From IMG/VR virus record IMGVR_UViG_3300042301_003793: a DNA stretch of 64,000 bases; one strand, 5' to 3'. The DNA is from a virus. Positions within the stretch are counted from its first letter, which is position 1. Each line of letters opens with the position of its first letter. The translations under genes were made by a program, and so were the position numbers. The notes under the pieces are model-generated. The model was not told where the DNA came from. It searched no databases and saw nothing but the letters and a program-made list of their open reading frames with translations. Positions 20,708 through 30,103 of this stretch are shown here, piece by piece.

Positions 20708-21705
20708 AAATAGCGCTTATAACAGGAATAAATGGACAGGATGGTTCATATCTAGCAGAATTTTTGCTTAATAAAGGGTATGAAGTACACGGAACTTTAA
20801 AAAGAAATTCAGTTTCTGAAAACCAAACATCAAGACTTGATGATATTTATGACCAACTAAAATTACATTATGCTGATTTAACAGATTTGTCATCTTTAAT
20901 TAATGTTATACAAAAAACAAAACCAAACGAAATTTATAATTTGGCAGCACAATCACATGTTCGTATTTCATTTGACCAACCAATATATACTGCAAACGCT
21001 ACTGGTTTAGGAACATTGAATATGTTAGAAGCAATTAAACTTGTTGACCCAACAATTAAGTTATACCAAGCGTCTTCTTCTGAAATGTTTGGAAACAATA
21101 TTGATGAAGACGGATACCAAAGGGAATCAACACCGATGTCTCCAGTATCACCTTACGGATGTGCAAAAGTATTTTCATATAACATTTGTAGAAACTATAG
21201 AAATTCTTACAATATGTTTATATCAAATGGAATTTTATTTAATCACGAATCACCAAGACGTGGAACAAACTTTGTAACAAATAAGGTTTGTAAGGAAGCG
21301 GTAAAAATTAAACTAGGTTTATCAAACCAATTAAAACTTGGTAATTTAGATGCTACAAGAGATTGGGGACATGCAAAAGATTATGTTGAGGCAATGTGGA
21401 TGATATTACAACAAGATGTTCCAGACGATTTTGTTTGCTCAACAGGGATTTCTCACTCAGTAAAAGAACTTGTTGAATATGTGTTTAATAAGTTAGAGTT
21501 AGACTGGAAAAAATATTTAACAATTGATGAAAAATTTTATAGACCCGAAGAACTTTCCGATTTGAAGGGTGACTCAAAAAAACTAAGGGATATCACCGGG
21601 TGGACACCGACGTATACGTTCGAAACAATGCTAGACGAGATGATAGACTATTGGCTAAACAAACTAAAAAAAGACTATGACCAGAAAGAAAGTTACACAG
21701 AATGA
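20704..21705 (+). CDS. gmd: GDP-mannose 4,6-dehydratase
   Basis: ALITGINGQDGSYLAEFLL, YNLAAQSHV, YQASSSEMFG, SPYGCAK, GILFNHESPRRG, RDWGHAKDYV. Confidence 0.97.
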   Translation: MKIALITGINGQDGSYLAEFLLNKGYEVHGTLKRNSVSENQTSRLDDIYDQLKLHYADLTDLSSLINVIQKTKPNEIYNLAAQSHVRISFDQPIYTANATGLGTLNMLEAIKLVDPTIKLYQASSSEMFGNNIDEDGYQRESTPMSPVSPYGCAKVFSYNICRNYRNSYNMFISNGILFNHESPRRGTNFVTNKVCKEAVKIKLGLSNQLKLGNLDATRDWGHAKDYVEAMWMILQQDVPDDFVCSTGISHSVKELVEYVFNKLELDWKKYLTIDEKFYRPEELSDLKGDSKKLRDITGWTPTYTFETMLDEMIDYWLNKLKKDYDQKESYTE

Positions 21706-22408
21706 TGAATCAGAATCAAAACCATTTTCAAGAAAAGAATTTATAAACTCTGTAATTAAAAAAAGACAAAAAAATAAATTTTTATCAGAACATCAGGAAA
21801 CTTACTATGACATATTAAAATCAAATGAAATAACAATAGCTTCTGGACCTGCTGGAGTTGGTAAATCATTTATTGCAATGAAAGCAGCTGTTGATTTACT
21901 TATGGACCCAAATAATTCATATGAAAAAATCATAATTGTTAGACCCGCGGTTGAGGCCGAAGAAAAACTTGGGGCACTTCCTGGTAACCTAGAAGAAAAG
22001 TTAGATCCATATATTTTTCCATCTTATTATCTTTTAAATAAAATTATCGGTAAAGACGCTAGAGAAAAATTAAAAGATGCTGAAATCATTGAGGTATTTG
22101 CTCTTGCATATATGAGAGGTATGAATATAGACAATTCAATCCTGATATTTGAAGAAGCACAAAATTCAACACCAAATCAAATGAAGTTACTCTTGACAAG
22201 AATAGGTTACAATAGTAAATTCTTTATATCTGGAGACTTAGAACAAACTGATAGATATAAAGACAAAAGACAATCTGGACTTTATGATGCCATACAAAGA
22301 TTTAATGGTATTCCAGATATTGGTGTTTATGATTTTAGAAATGCTAAAAATGTTCGTAACCCATTAATTAGTAAAATTTTAGCAAAATATGATGAAAATA
22401 GGGATTGA
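21677..22408 (+). CDS. phoH: PhoH-family ATPase
   Basis: GPAGVGKS, RPAVEA, LGALPG, AYMRG, EEAQN, GDLEQTD, VRNPL. Confidence 0.95.
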   Translation: MTRKKVTQNDESESKPFSRKEFINSVIKKRQKNKFLSEHQETYYDILKSNEITIASGPAGVGKSFIAMKAAVDLLMDPNNSYEKIIIVRPAVEAEEKLGALPGNLEEKLDPYIFPSYYLLNKIIGKDAREKLKDAEIIEVFALAYMRGMNIDNSILIFEEAQNSTPNQMKLLLTRIGYNSKFFISGDLEQTDRYKDKRQSGLYDAIQRFNGIPDIGVYDFRNAKNVRNPLISKILAKYDENRD

Positions 22409-23069
22409 GATTAATGGTGTTTTAAGAGATACTATAGAAAAATTTAAACAGGTTTATGAAAAACATTTAATTGATTCTACTGAATTTGAATCTGTTGATA
22501 AAAAGTATGAACTAACGTTTTCTGGTGAAACAAATGAGGTTGTTGAGATTAACGAAGATTTAACAATTAATAATTTTGAATATAAAATTTTAAATCCGGT
22601 AACTTCATTAAGTCTATTAGACCATTTTGCTTTTCCATCAAAAGATGATTTATATAATTTTATGTATAAAGAATATACTATGGAATTGTTTGGTCACGCA
22701 CCATCATCAGAAATGAATACGTTTAATGTTCTTAATGAGTTATATTATGATTTAAGAGATGAATATGATTTACTCATAGTTTCTGATGAGATTGGTAAAT
22801 CAAAACCAGCTTCACTTTTCTTCCTTTCAAAATTTGGTTGTTTATTAGAAAAAATAATTTTTTATTCTGAAACAACAAAGAATGATATGTGGGACAATGT
22901 AGATATTTTAATCACATCAAATCCAGATTTAATACTTAACAAACCAGAAGGTAAAATTGTTGTAAAATTTTTACGTGATTACAATAAAAACATTAAGTCT
23001 GAATTGGAAATATCTACTTTATCAGATTTTAACTTATTATTAAAAAAAATAACTAAAGAATATGTTTAA
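22389..23069 (+). CDS. HAD-superfamily-like protein with atypical motif I
   Basis: KIGIEINGVLRD aligns to DxDGV of 5'-nucleotidase-like HADs but with E/N. Confidence 0.5.
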   Translation: MMKIGIEINGVLRDTIEKFKQVYEKHLIDSTEFESVDKKYELTFSGETNEVVEINEDLTINNFEYKILNPVTSLSLLDHFAFPSKDDLYNFMYKEYTMELFGHAPSSEMNTFNVLNELYYDLRDEYDLLIVSDEIGKSKPASLFFLSKFGCLLEKIIFYSETTKNDMWDNVDILITSNPDLILNKPEGKIVVKFLRDYNKNIKSELEISTLSDFNLLLKKITKEYV

Positions 23070-23361
23070 AATATTTAATGAAATCTATTACGTTGACATT
23101 GATGCTATTGATGAATATGTACAATTTACGGCTGAAGTGCTGGAAGATGATGTCGAAACTGAAGGTGATGTCGCAGAACTAAAAGAAGAAAAACAAATTC
23201 ATTTAGTAAAATATGAATTGGTTAAAAATTTCTTAGAAACTGTATTAACAGAAGCAAATGAAGTTGATGAAGATTTAGGTATGAAATCAAACGAAGTTTC
23301 TATACCATTTAAAATTGCATTTAATTCGTTATTAATTAAGAAAATAATAAATAAAATATAA
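23062..23361 (+). CDS. Hypothetical protein
   Basis: 99-aa ORF overlapping upstream stop. Confidence 0.65.
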   Translation: MFKIFNEIYYVDIDAIDEYVQFTAEVLEDDVETEGDVAELKEEKQIHLVKYELVKNFLETVLTEANEVDEDLGMKSNEVSIPFKIAFNSLLIKKIINKI

Positions 23362-23368
23362 AAAAAGT

Positions 23369-24430
23369 ATGAATACCGAACAGATAAAAAAATTAGAAAA
23401 AGCGGTTCAAAGTATGAAGGACAAAAAATCTAGATTGTATTTTGTTGTCCAAGATACCAAAGGAAACGCAAAAGGTTCAGTTAGACTGACTTATCAAATT
23501 GCAATGACGTTAAAAAAGAATGGTTATAATCCAATCATCCTTCACGAAAACAAAGAATATATTGGTGTTGCTGAATGGTTAGGCGAAAACTATATGTCAG
23601 AACTACAACACAAATCAATAGATGATGGTAATTTAGAAATTTCACCAGATGACATTCTTATCATCCCTGAAATTTTTGGTTACATTATGGACCAAGTTAA
23701 AAAATTACCTTGTGGTAAAGTTGTATTAGCACAAGCTTATGACCATATTTTTGAAACGTTGCAACCAGGTGAGAACTGGCAACAACTTGGGTTTTTTAAA
23801 TGTATAACAACTTCTGAAACTCAGAAAAAATACATTGAGCAATTTATGAGAAAAGTTTCATTTGAAATTATTGAGCCAGTAATTAGCGAGTGTTTTGTAA
23901 AAAATGAAAAACCAGCAAAAACTATTATTTCTATTCATTCAAGAGATCAAAGAGATACTGTTAATTTAATTAAACAGTTTTATGTTAAATTCCCACAATA
24001 TAGATGGATTACATTTAGAGATTTAAGAGGTCTTACAGAAAATGAATTTGCTCAAGCACTAAAAGAAAGTTTTGTTTCTGTTTGGATTGATCAGACAAGT
24101 GGTTTTGGTACTTTCCCACTAGAATCTATGAAATCTGGTGTTCCTGTAATCGGTATGTTACCTCACTTACAGCCAGAATGGTTAAACGAAGATAATGGAA
24201 TTTGGTTAGCAAACAAAAATTCATTGGTTGAGGTTATTGCTGATTTCACACAAAATTGGTTAGAAGATAACTTAAACCCAGAACTTTTTGAAGCTATGGA
24301 TAAAACAGTTAGTAAACATTCTGACTTGGATAAATTTGAACATAATGTTTTAAGTGTTTTTTCAGAAATGATTGAAACAAGAATGAAAACATTCGAAGAA
24401 CAACTAAATAAATTTGAAACAATTGATTAA
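23369..24430 (+). CDS. GT-B fold glycosyltransferase (GT4-like)
   Basis: DILIIPEIFG; SGFGTFPLESMKSGVPVIG donor-binding motif. Confidence 0.7.
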   Translation: MNTEQIKKLEKAVQSMKDKKSRLYFVVQDTKGNAKGSVRLTYQIAMTLKKNGYNPIILHENKEYIGVAEWLGENYMSELQHKSIDDGNLEISPDDILIIPEIFGYIMDQVKKLPCGKVVLAQAYDHIFETLQPGENWQQLGFFKCITTSETQKKYIEQFMRKVSFEIIEPVISECFVKNEKPAKTIISIHSRDQRDTVNLIKQFYVKFPQYRWITFRDLRGLTENEFAQALKESFVSVWIDQTSGFGTFPLESMKSGVPVIGMLPHLQPEWLNEDNGIWLANKNSLVEVIADFTQNWLEDNLNPELFEAMDKTVSKHSDLDKFEHNVLSVFSEMIETRMKTFEEQLNKFETID

Positions 24431-24431
24431 T

Positions 24432-25238
24432 ATGGAAAGTAAAAATACAATATCGGTTATATTACCAATAAAGTCTGGTAAAGCAATAGACTTTGAAGAA
24501 TTTTTTGAAAAGGCAATAACTTCAGTAAAAAACCAAGAAGGTTTAGTTAGTGAATTAATAATTGTACACGTAGGTGAAGATTATTTTAGAAATTATGTTT
24601 CTGCTTTTGATTTTGGAGACATAAATGTATTCATCGAAGAATATGATGGTACTCCTAGTTTTGCAAACCAGGTTAATTACGGTGTAAGTAAAGCGACATC
24701 TGAATGGGTTTCTATTTTAGAGTTCGATGATGAATATTCAAATATATGGTTTAAGAACGCAAAAAGTTATATGGATATCTATGGTGATGTTGACGCTTTT
24801 TTACCAATTGTTGTTGATGTAGATTATAAAGGTGTTTTTGTTGGGTTTACTAATGAGGCAACTTTTGCCGCAAACTTCTCAACTGAAATGGGATACTTAG
24901 ACAATGAAACTCTACTTACATATCAAAACTTTCAAATATCTGGAATGGTGATAAGAAAAAAATCTTTTGTTGATTTTGGAATGTTAAAAGACTCATTTAA
25001 GTTAACATTTGGATATGAGTTCTTATTAAGAATGACTAATAACAACGTTAAAATTATGACGATTCCAAGAATTGGTTATAAACATATGAACTTAAGAGAG
25101 GGGTCAATTTTCTGGAACTACAAAAATAGTGACGATAGATTGTCTGAAGATGAGGTAAAATTTTGGATTGATTCAGCTAAAAAAGAATATCTATACATCA
25201 AAGAACGAGATATAAAATATGAACCACAAGAAGTTTAA
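24432..25238 (+). CDS. GT2 glycosyltransferase
   Basis: ISVILPI, NQVNYGV, ILEFDDEY; start taken at MESKNT. Confidence 0.75.
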   Translation: MESKNTISVILPIKSGKAIDFEEFFEKAITSVKNQEGLVSELIIVHVGEDYFRNYVSAFDFGDINVFIEEYDGTPSFANQVNYGVSKATSEWVSILEFDDEYSNIWFKNAKSYMDIYGDVDAFLPIVVDVDYKGVFVGFTNEATFAANFSTEMGYLDNETLLTYQNFQISGMVIRKKSFVDFGMLKDSFKLTFGYEFLLRMTNNNVKIMTIPRIGYKHMNLREGSIFWNYKNSDDRLSEDEVKFWIDSAKKEYLYIKERDIKYEPQEV

Positions 25239-25990
25239 TGTTGATTAATGAAGAGAACAACGAACAATGTGATGATAAGAAAAAGAAAGGAAGAAAACCA
25301 AAAGTAAAAAATTATTTTGCTGAAATAGAAGAGAATGCCGTAAGAGATTATCTTAAAGCAACCACATTTGAGGAAAAAAATAAAATTTACAATGATTTTT
25401 TAAAACATCCTTTAGATAAAATGATATCGTCAATAATACGACGATACAAATTATACAGAAAAGATATGGATTACGAAGAAGTCCATATTGATACACATTC
25501 TTTTTTGATGACTAAAATTGATAAATTTAAACCATCAAAAGAAAAAAAAGCATATTCATATTTTGGTACTATTTGTAAAAATTATTTGATGGGTCAAATA
25601 ATGAAAGATCAAAAAGAAATGAACAGAAAAATTTCGTATGAAGACATTTCTAGTGATTTACAAAATAGTCCTGATATGGTTTATTATATCGATAATGAAG
25701 ATATTACTAGTGAAGAAATTATGAAAAAATTTCTTGAAAAATTAAAATTTTCATTAGATGATAAAAAAATAACAGAACAAGAACATAAACTTGGTCAGTC
25801 GTTATTTGATCTTTTTGAAAATTACAAAAACCTTTTTATTGAAACAAATAACAACAATAAATTTAATAAAAATATAATTTTATTTGAATTAAGGGAGATG
25901 ACAAATCTCACAACAAAAGAAATTAGGTCTTCAATGAAAAGATATAAAAAATTATATTCTGAATTATTACAGGATATTTTGAAAGATTAG
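25238..25990 (+). CDS. Phage RNA polymerase sigma factor (T4 gp55-like late sigma)
   Basis: IDKFKPSKEKKAYSYFGTICKNYL resembles sigma region 2.3-2.4 of gp55-like factors. Confidence 0.7.
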   Translation: MLINEENNEQCDDKKKKGRKPKVKNYFAEIEENAVRDYLKATTFEEKNKIYNDFLKHPLDKMISSIIRRYKLYRKDMDYEEVHIDTHSFLMTKIDKFKPSKEKKAYSYFGTICKNYLMGQIMKDQKEMNRKISYEDISSDLQNSPDMVYYIDNEDITSEEIMKKFLEKLKFSLDDKKITEQEHKLGQSLFDLFENYKNLFIETNNNNKFNKNIILFELREMTNLTTKEIRSSMKRYKKLYSELLQDILKD

Positions 25991-26001
25991 TATTTATTAT
26001 T

Positions 26002-26370
26002 ATGCCAAGACCTCAAAAAAAACAAATTAATCTAACAAAGGAATCAATGTTATCTTTGATGCAAGAAATCTATAATGAACTTGTAGAACAAAGAAATACA
26101 GCAATTAGAATCCAAAATAAAATGTTGACTATGATGAAAGAACCAGAAGATATGACTCTTATTGGTCCTGTAATTGAAAAACAACAAAAAATAATAAATG
26201 ATTGTGTTGAAAAAAAACTCTCACTTTCAAAGCTTCAAGCACAAATCTGGCAAAAATCAAATGATAGAGATGAAGAATTTACTTTATCTGATTTAGATTT
26301 AGATGATAGTGTTATGAAATCATTGATAGAAAAAGACACATCAGATAAAAGTTACAAAATGAAAAAATAA
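26002..26370 (+). CDS. Hypothetical coiled-coil protein
   Basis: 122-aa ORF preceded by RTATTTAT motif. Confidence 0.7.
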   Translation: MPRPQKKQINLTKESMLSLMQEIYNELVEQRNTAIRIQNKMLTMMKEPEDMTLIGPVIEKQQKIINDCVEKKLSLSKLQAQIWQKSNDRDEEFTLSDLDLDDSVMKSLIEKDTSDKSYKMKK

Positions 26371-28325
26371 TGCCAATTGATATTCAAGAAGGATATGAAG
26401 CTATTGGTGGTTCGATACAAAAAAATCAAACCTACAAACAACTTTCTAAAGACTATAAAAAGTTAAAGAAGAAGGTAGGGAGTTCTTTTGAAAAAAAGAA
26501 ATCAAAAGTCACAAAACGTTTTGAAAAGGGAAAATCTAAATTTAATAAGTGGCAAAAAAAACAAAATAGTCAGTTAGATGAGTTATTAAAAATAAAATTC
26601 CTTTCAGCTAATGATCAATTTACAGACGGTTTAAAAGACCTTGACCCAAATAAGTTAGAAAAATTTAAAAAGGGTGGGGATGTAAAAAAATATATTATTG
26701 GTAAATTTATCACAGCATTAAACGAATTAAAACCAAAAATATTAGACTTATTACAACAAGAGATTTTTAATACAACTGGTTGTTCTGATGACCAAGAATA
26801 CCAACCAAATCAAGACTTATATATTAACGTAAAATCAATAGACTTTTTAGGGTTATTAAAAGTTGACCCAACAAGTAATATTGGTAAAATTTCATATGAA
26901 GAGGCTAATTTAAATTTTCCTAATTATCCATTTTCAATGAATAAGGAATTGTACCAAAGAATACAAAATATTAACCAACAATTTTCTGTTCAGTACTCGT
27001 CAAATTACCAAGGTAAGTCATTACAAGATTTATTTGATATTGAATATACTGAATTGGACAATAATGGTGTTTCTGGAAATTACTTTAAAGTAACACCAAA
27101 ACAAAGGGTTAGTGGTCAAAAAATAAAAGAATTTGTTAAAGATTATTACCAATCAATAGAAATTATAGACTTCAAAAATATTTTTGCAAATTTAATGAAT
27201 ATCCTTACTGGTGCAATTTCTATTGAGAAGGGTGATGGAAAAAATGATTTGGGTGATTTTTATAAAGTATCATTAGTAATACAAAGAATATTAGGTTTAT
27301 GTTTTGACGGAACAAAAGAAATTGATGTTTCTGGTTCTGCTAAAATTTCAGAAAACGATAATATTGACGATTCTTTTTTTGAATTTGATGAACTTGAGAC
27401 TTTATTTATTGACCAATCTATTTCTGACGTTTTAAATGGTGTTGTTGAATTTGAGGAATGTTTAACAATTAAATTACCGGTTGATACTACAGCAATAGTT
27501 ACAGCCGTATCAAATCTAATTTTTGTCCCTGGTTCAAATAATTCAAACACAATCGAAGACGCAACTAATATAACAAATTCATTAACTCAAAATCCAGATT
27601 GGTTACCGTTACAAATAAACATTGATGAATCGATGATTAAAGAGTTTCCAAAAGCGGTTGTATTTGCACTATTAACACCAAAAGTAATATTACCTTTGGC
27701 GATAGTACTTTTAGCTTTAGGTAATCAAGGACTTAATTTAGTAAAATCATATGTTGATTTTTTCAAAAAATTTAAAGATTTGGTTGTTAATTTGGTTTCA
27801 AAAATTTATGCAATTTTTATTAAAATTATTTTTGACTTAGTTGTTCAGGACATTAAACAATTAATTTCAACAATAACTGTCGATATAAAATTAGAAAAAA
27901 ATAAAAAATCTTTATCAATAATATTTGCATTAACACAAATACTATTAAAAATTGCAGACATTATTGTTGATGTTCGTGAATGTAAAAGTGTTATAGATAA
28001 TTTATTAAAATTATTAAAATTAGCATCTAGAGGTTTTGGAAATCAAATACCACTTCCTTTATTATTAGCAACAAGATTTTTAAGTGGTTTTTCATCAACT
28101 AGGGCTTATCTTAATGTTATTGAAGAATTTGAAAAACTTGGAATACCAACTGGACCACTTCCTGATGGTACGCCAAATAAATTCGTAATTGCAATGAAAG
28201 CACTTATTGACGGTATGGATAAAGAAGAAGCAGAAAATGGTCAAGTACAAATTGCAATTGACCCACTATCAATAACACCAATTGGTACAACATTACCAAG
28301 TATTGCGTTTGGAAAAAAAGTATAA
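26370..28325 (+). CDS. Hypothetical protein (possible tail/baseplate-associated), hydrophobic helical C-terminal third
   Basis: 651-aa ORF; Lys-rich N-terminus; sits directly before spike gene. Confidence 0.6.
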   Translation: MPIDIQEGYEAIGGSIQKNQTYKQLSKDYKKLKKKVGSSFEKKKSKVTKRFEKGKSKFNKWQKKQNSQLDELLKIKFLSANDQFTDGLKDLDPNKLEKFKKGGDVKKYIIGKFITALNELKPKILDLLQQEIFNTTGCSDDQEYQPNQDLYINVKSIDFLGLLKVDPTSNIGKISYEEANLNFPNYPFSMNKELYQRIQNINQQFSVQYSSNYQGKSLQDLFDIEYTELDNNGVSGNYFKVTPKQRVSGQKIKEFVKDYYQSIEIIDFKNIFANLMNILTGAISIEKGDGKNDLGDFYKVSLVIQRILGLCFDGTKEIDVSGSAKISENDNIDDSFFEFDELETLFIDQSISDVLNGVVEFEECLTIKLPVDTTAIVTAVSNLIFVPGSNNSNTIEDATNITNSLTQNPDWLPLQINIDESMIKEFPKAVVFALLTPKVILPLAIVLLALGNQGLNLVKSYVDFFKKFKDLVVNLVSKIYAIFIKIIFDLVVQDIKQLISTITVDIKLEKNKKSLSIIFALTQILLKIADIIVDVRECKSVIDNLLKLLKLASRGFGNQIPLPLLLATRFLSGFSSTRAYLNVIEEFEKLGIPTGPLPDGTPNKFVIAMKALIDGMDKEEAENGQVQIAIDPLSITPIGTTLPSIAFGKKV

Positions 28326-28327
28326 AT

Positions 28328-28537
28328 ATGGAAAAGGTTACAAAAGAAGAAATATTAGAAACGGTATCAAAATACAAGGAAAAATCGAATAAAGATTTAG
28401 AAATTGCCCTTGAATTTATAAACACGGAATTTGAAAAGACAAAAGAAAATCTTATTAAGTTAACCGACCATTTAGATAAGTTAGAAATTACATATAATAC
28501 AATATTAAAGGAATATAAAAATAGAAATGCAAGATAA
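28328..28537 (+). CDS. Hypothetical coiled-coil protein
   Basis: 69-aa ORF coupled to neighbours. Confidence 0.6.
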   Translation: MEKVTKEEILETVSKYKEKSNKDLEIALEFINTEFEKTKENLIKLTDHLDKLEITYNTILKEYKNRNAR

Positions 28538-30083
28538 AAGAATAGTTCTTCCTGGTAAGGTTTTAGATAATGTTGATCCGCTAATGTTGGGAAGAGTAAG
28601 AATTGAACCCCAAACAAAACTTGAAAACCAGTCAGTACCAACAAAACCAGATGGTTCACCAAAATCAGTTGATGATTATGCTTGGACTTCAGAAGACCCA
28701 TTTATCTTTATTCCGTTATTGCCATATTATGTTAATCAAGTTCCAGAAGTCGGCGAATACGTTAATATTATTTATTCAACAAGAGTTGAACCTTTATCAA
28801 ATAATAAATTTTATGTTCAAGGACCTTTAAGTAGACCTTGGAATAACGAAAGAGAAACATTTTTAAACGCCCAATCAGTTTTAGATAATGGGACATCAAT
28901 TCAAAAAAGTTACGAACCTAGAAATAGTAAAACTGGTGTTGTACAAGAAATTGTAAAAGACATATACCCATTGCCTGGTGATAATGCACTTTTAAGTCGA
29001 GGTACAACAGATGTTGTATTAAAGAAAAATGATGTTTTATTAAGAGCTGGTAAATATAGAAAAATAGTTGTAGAACAATCAAGTGGTGTTGGTGAAATTA
29101 CACAACCAAATGTTAGACCATACGATAAAAGATCCTTCTTACAATTATCAATATTTGACCAAGAATTGGTAGATGTTGGCACCGAAACTATTGATATAAC
29201 AAAGTTTGTTGATAAAGATGTGAAAAACTTTGTTGAATGGGATATTTCAAATATTAACCTTACCGCAAATACTGTTGGTGGTTATGTACAAGTAAGTACT
29301 GTAAAAAATGTTACAACATCTGATTTTGGGTTTAATACTGGTACTACCGTAAATTGTACTTTAATCCCTAATTCAAAATATGCGTTTACTGGATTAAGTG
29401 TTGAGGATTCCATTATTTTTATTAATACGTATATTAGAGGTTTTAATAAAGGTTTTATCAATATTGATGGTTATAACAAATACCCAAATTCTGGAAATTT
29501 AATAGGACAATTTCCCTTTGTTTTTGGTCCAAGTATTTCAACCAACGCAAAAATATTAGACACAAGTCCAAGTCCAACAATAGATTCTGTGAAAAATAGT
29601 GTGGTAATTAACATTTATAACAAAATAAAACTTTTTGACTCAAGCGATCAACCAGGTTTTGCTGTTATTTGGGATTATAATAGGGTTGGCCCACAGACAA
29701 TTAAAAGCTCAGCAGATATTGAAAGAGCAGAATATAAAGATAATCCAGTTACTTATGGAACAATGGGTGGTGATTTTCTTTATTTTCTTACTCACCAAAC
29801 AACTGATGATAAATTTACAATCGATTTAAAAAACACTTTATATGGTATTGACCAACCGACATTTACAGATTATCTAAAAGATAGGACAAATTCTATGGTT
29901 AGAGGTGAAGAACTATATAATCTATTAGATAAAATAATAAGATGGATATCAGGACATGTTCATAACCCAATTGAACCGCCTTGTTATCTATCTGGTGAAG
30001 GTGAAAATAGTGTTAGTCTAGACGACATACAAAAAGAATTAAACTCAAAAAGATTTTTAAATCCAAATATTCGAATTAATTGA
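28527..30083 (+). CDS. Baseplate hub/central spike protein (gp5/Vgr-like OB-fold)
   Basis: GKVLDNVDPLMLGRVRI and VPEVGEYVNI OB-fold motifs; C-terminal GHVH metal-binding tip motif. Confidence 0.7.
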   Translation: MQDKRIVLPGKVLDNVDPLMLGRVRIEPQTKLENQSVPTKPDGSPKSVDDYAWTSEDPFIFIPLLPYYVNQVPEVGEYVNIIYSTRVEPLSNNKFYVQGPLSRPWNNERETFLNAQSVLDNGTSIQKSYEPRNSKTGVVQEIVKDIYPLPGDNALLSRGTTDVVLKKNDVLLRAGKYRKIVVEQSSGVGEITQPNVRPYDKRSFLQLSIFDQELVDVGTETIDITKFVDKDVKNFVEWDISNINLTANTVGGYVQVSTVKNVTTSDFGFNTGTTVNCTLIPNSKYAFTGLSVEDSIIFINTYIRGFNKGFINIDGYNKYPNSGNLIGQFPFVFGPSISTNAKILDTSPSPTIDSVKNSVVINIYNKIKLFDSSDQPGFAVIWDYNRVGPQTIKSSADIERAEYKDNPVTYGTMGGDFLYFLTHQTTDDKFTIDLKNTLYGIDQPTFTDYLKDRTNSMVRGEELYNLLDKIIRWISGHVHNPIEPPCYLSGEGENSVSLDDIQKELNSKRFLNPNIRIN

Positions 30084-30103
30084 TATTTATATTAAAAAAG
30101 TAA

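Noticed and set aside
10621-21705. Bacterial chromosomal O-antigen locus
   Set aside because: No wzx/wzy/wzz or initiating transferase, and it is operonically continuous with phage dut, phoH and late sigma genes.
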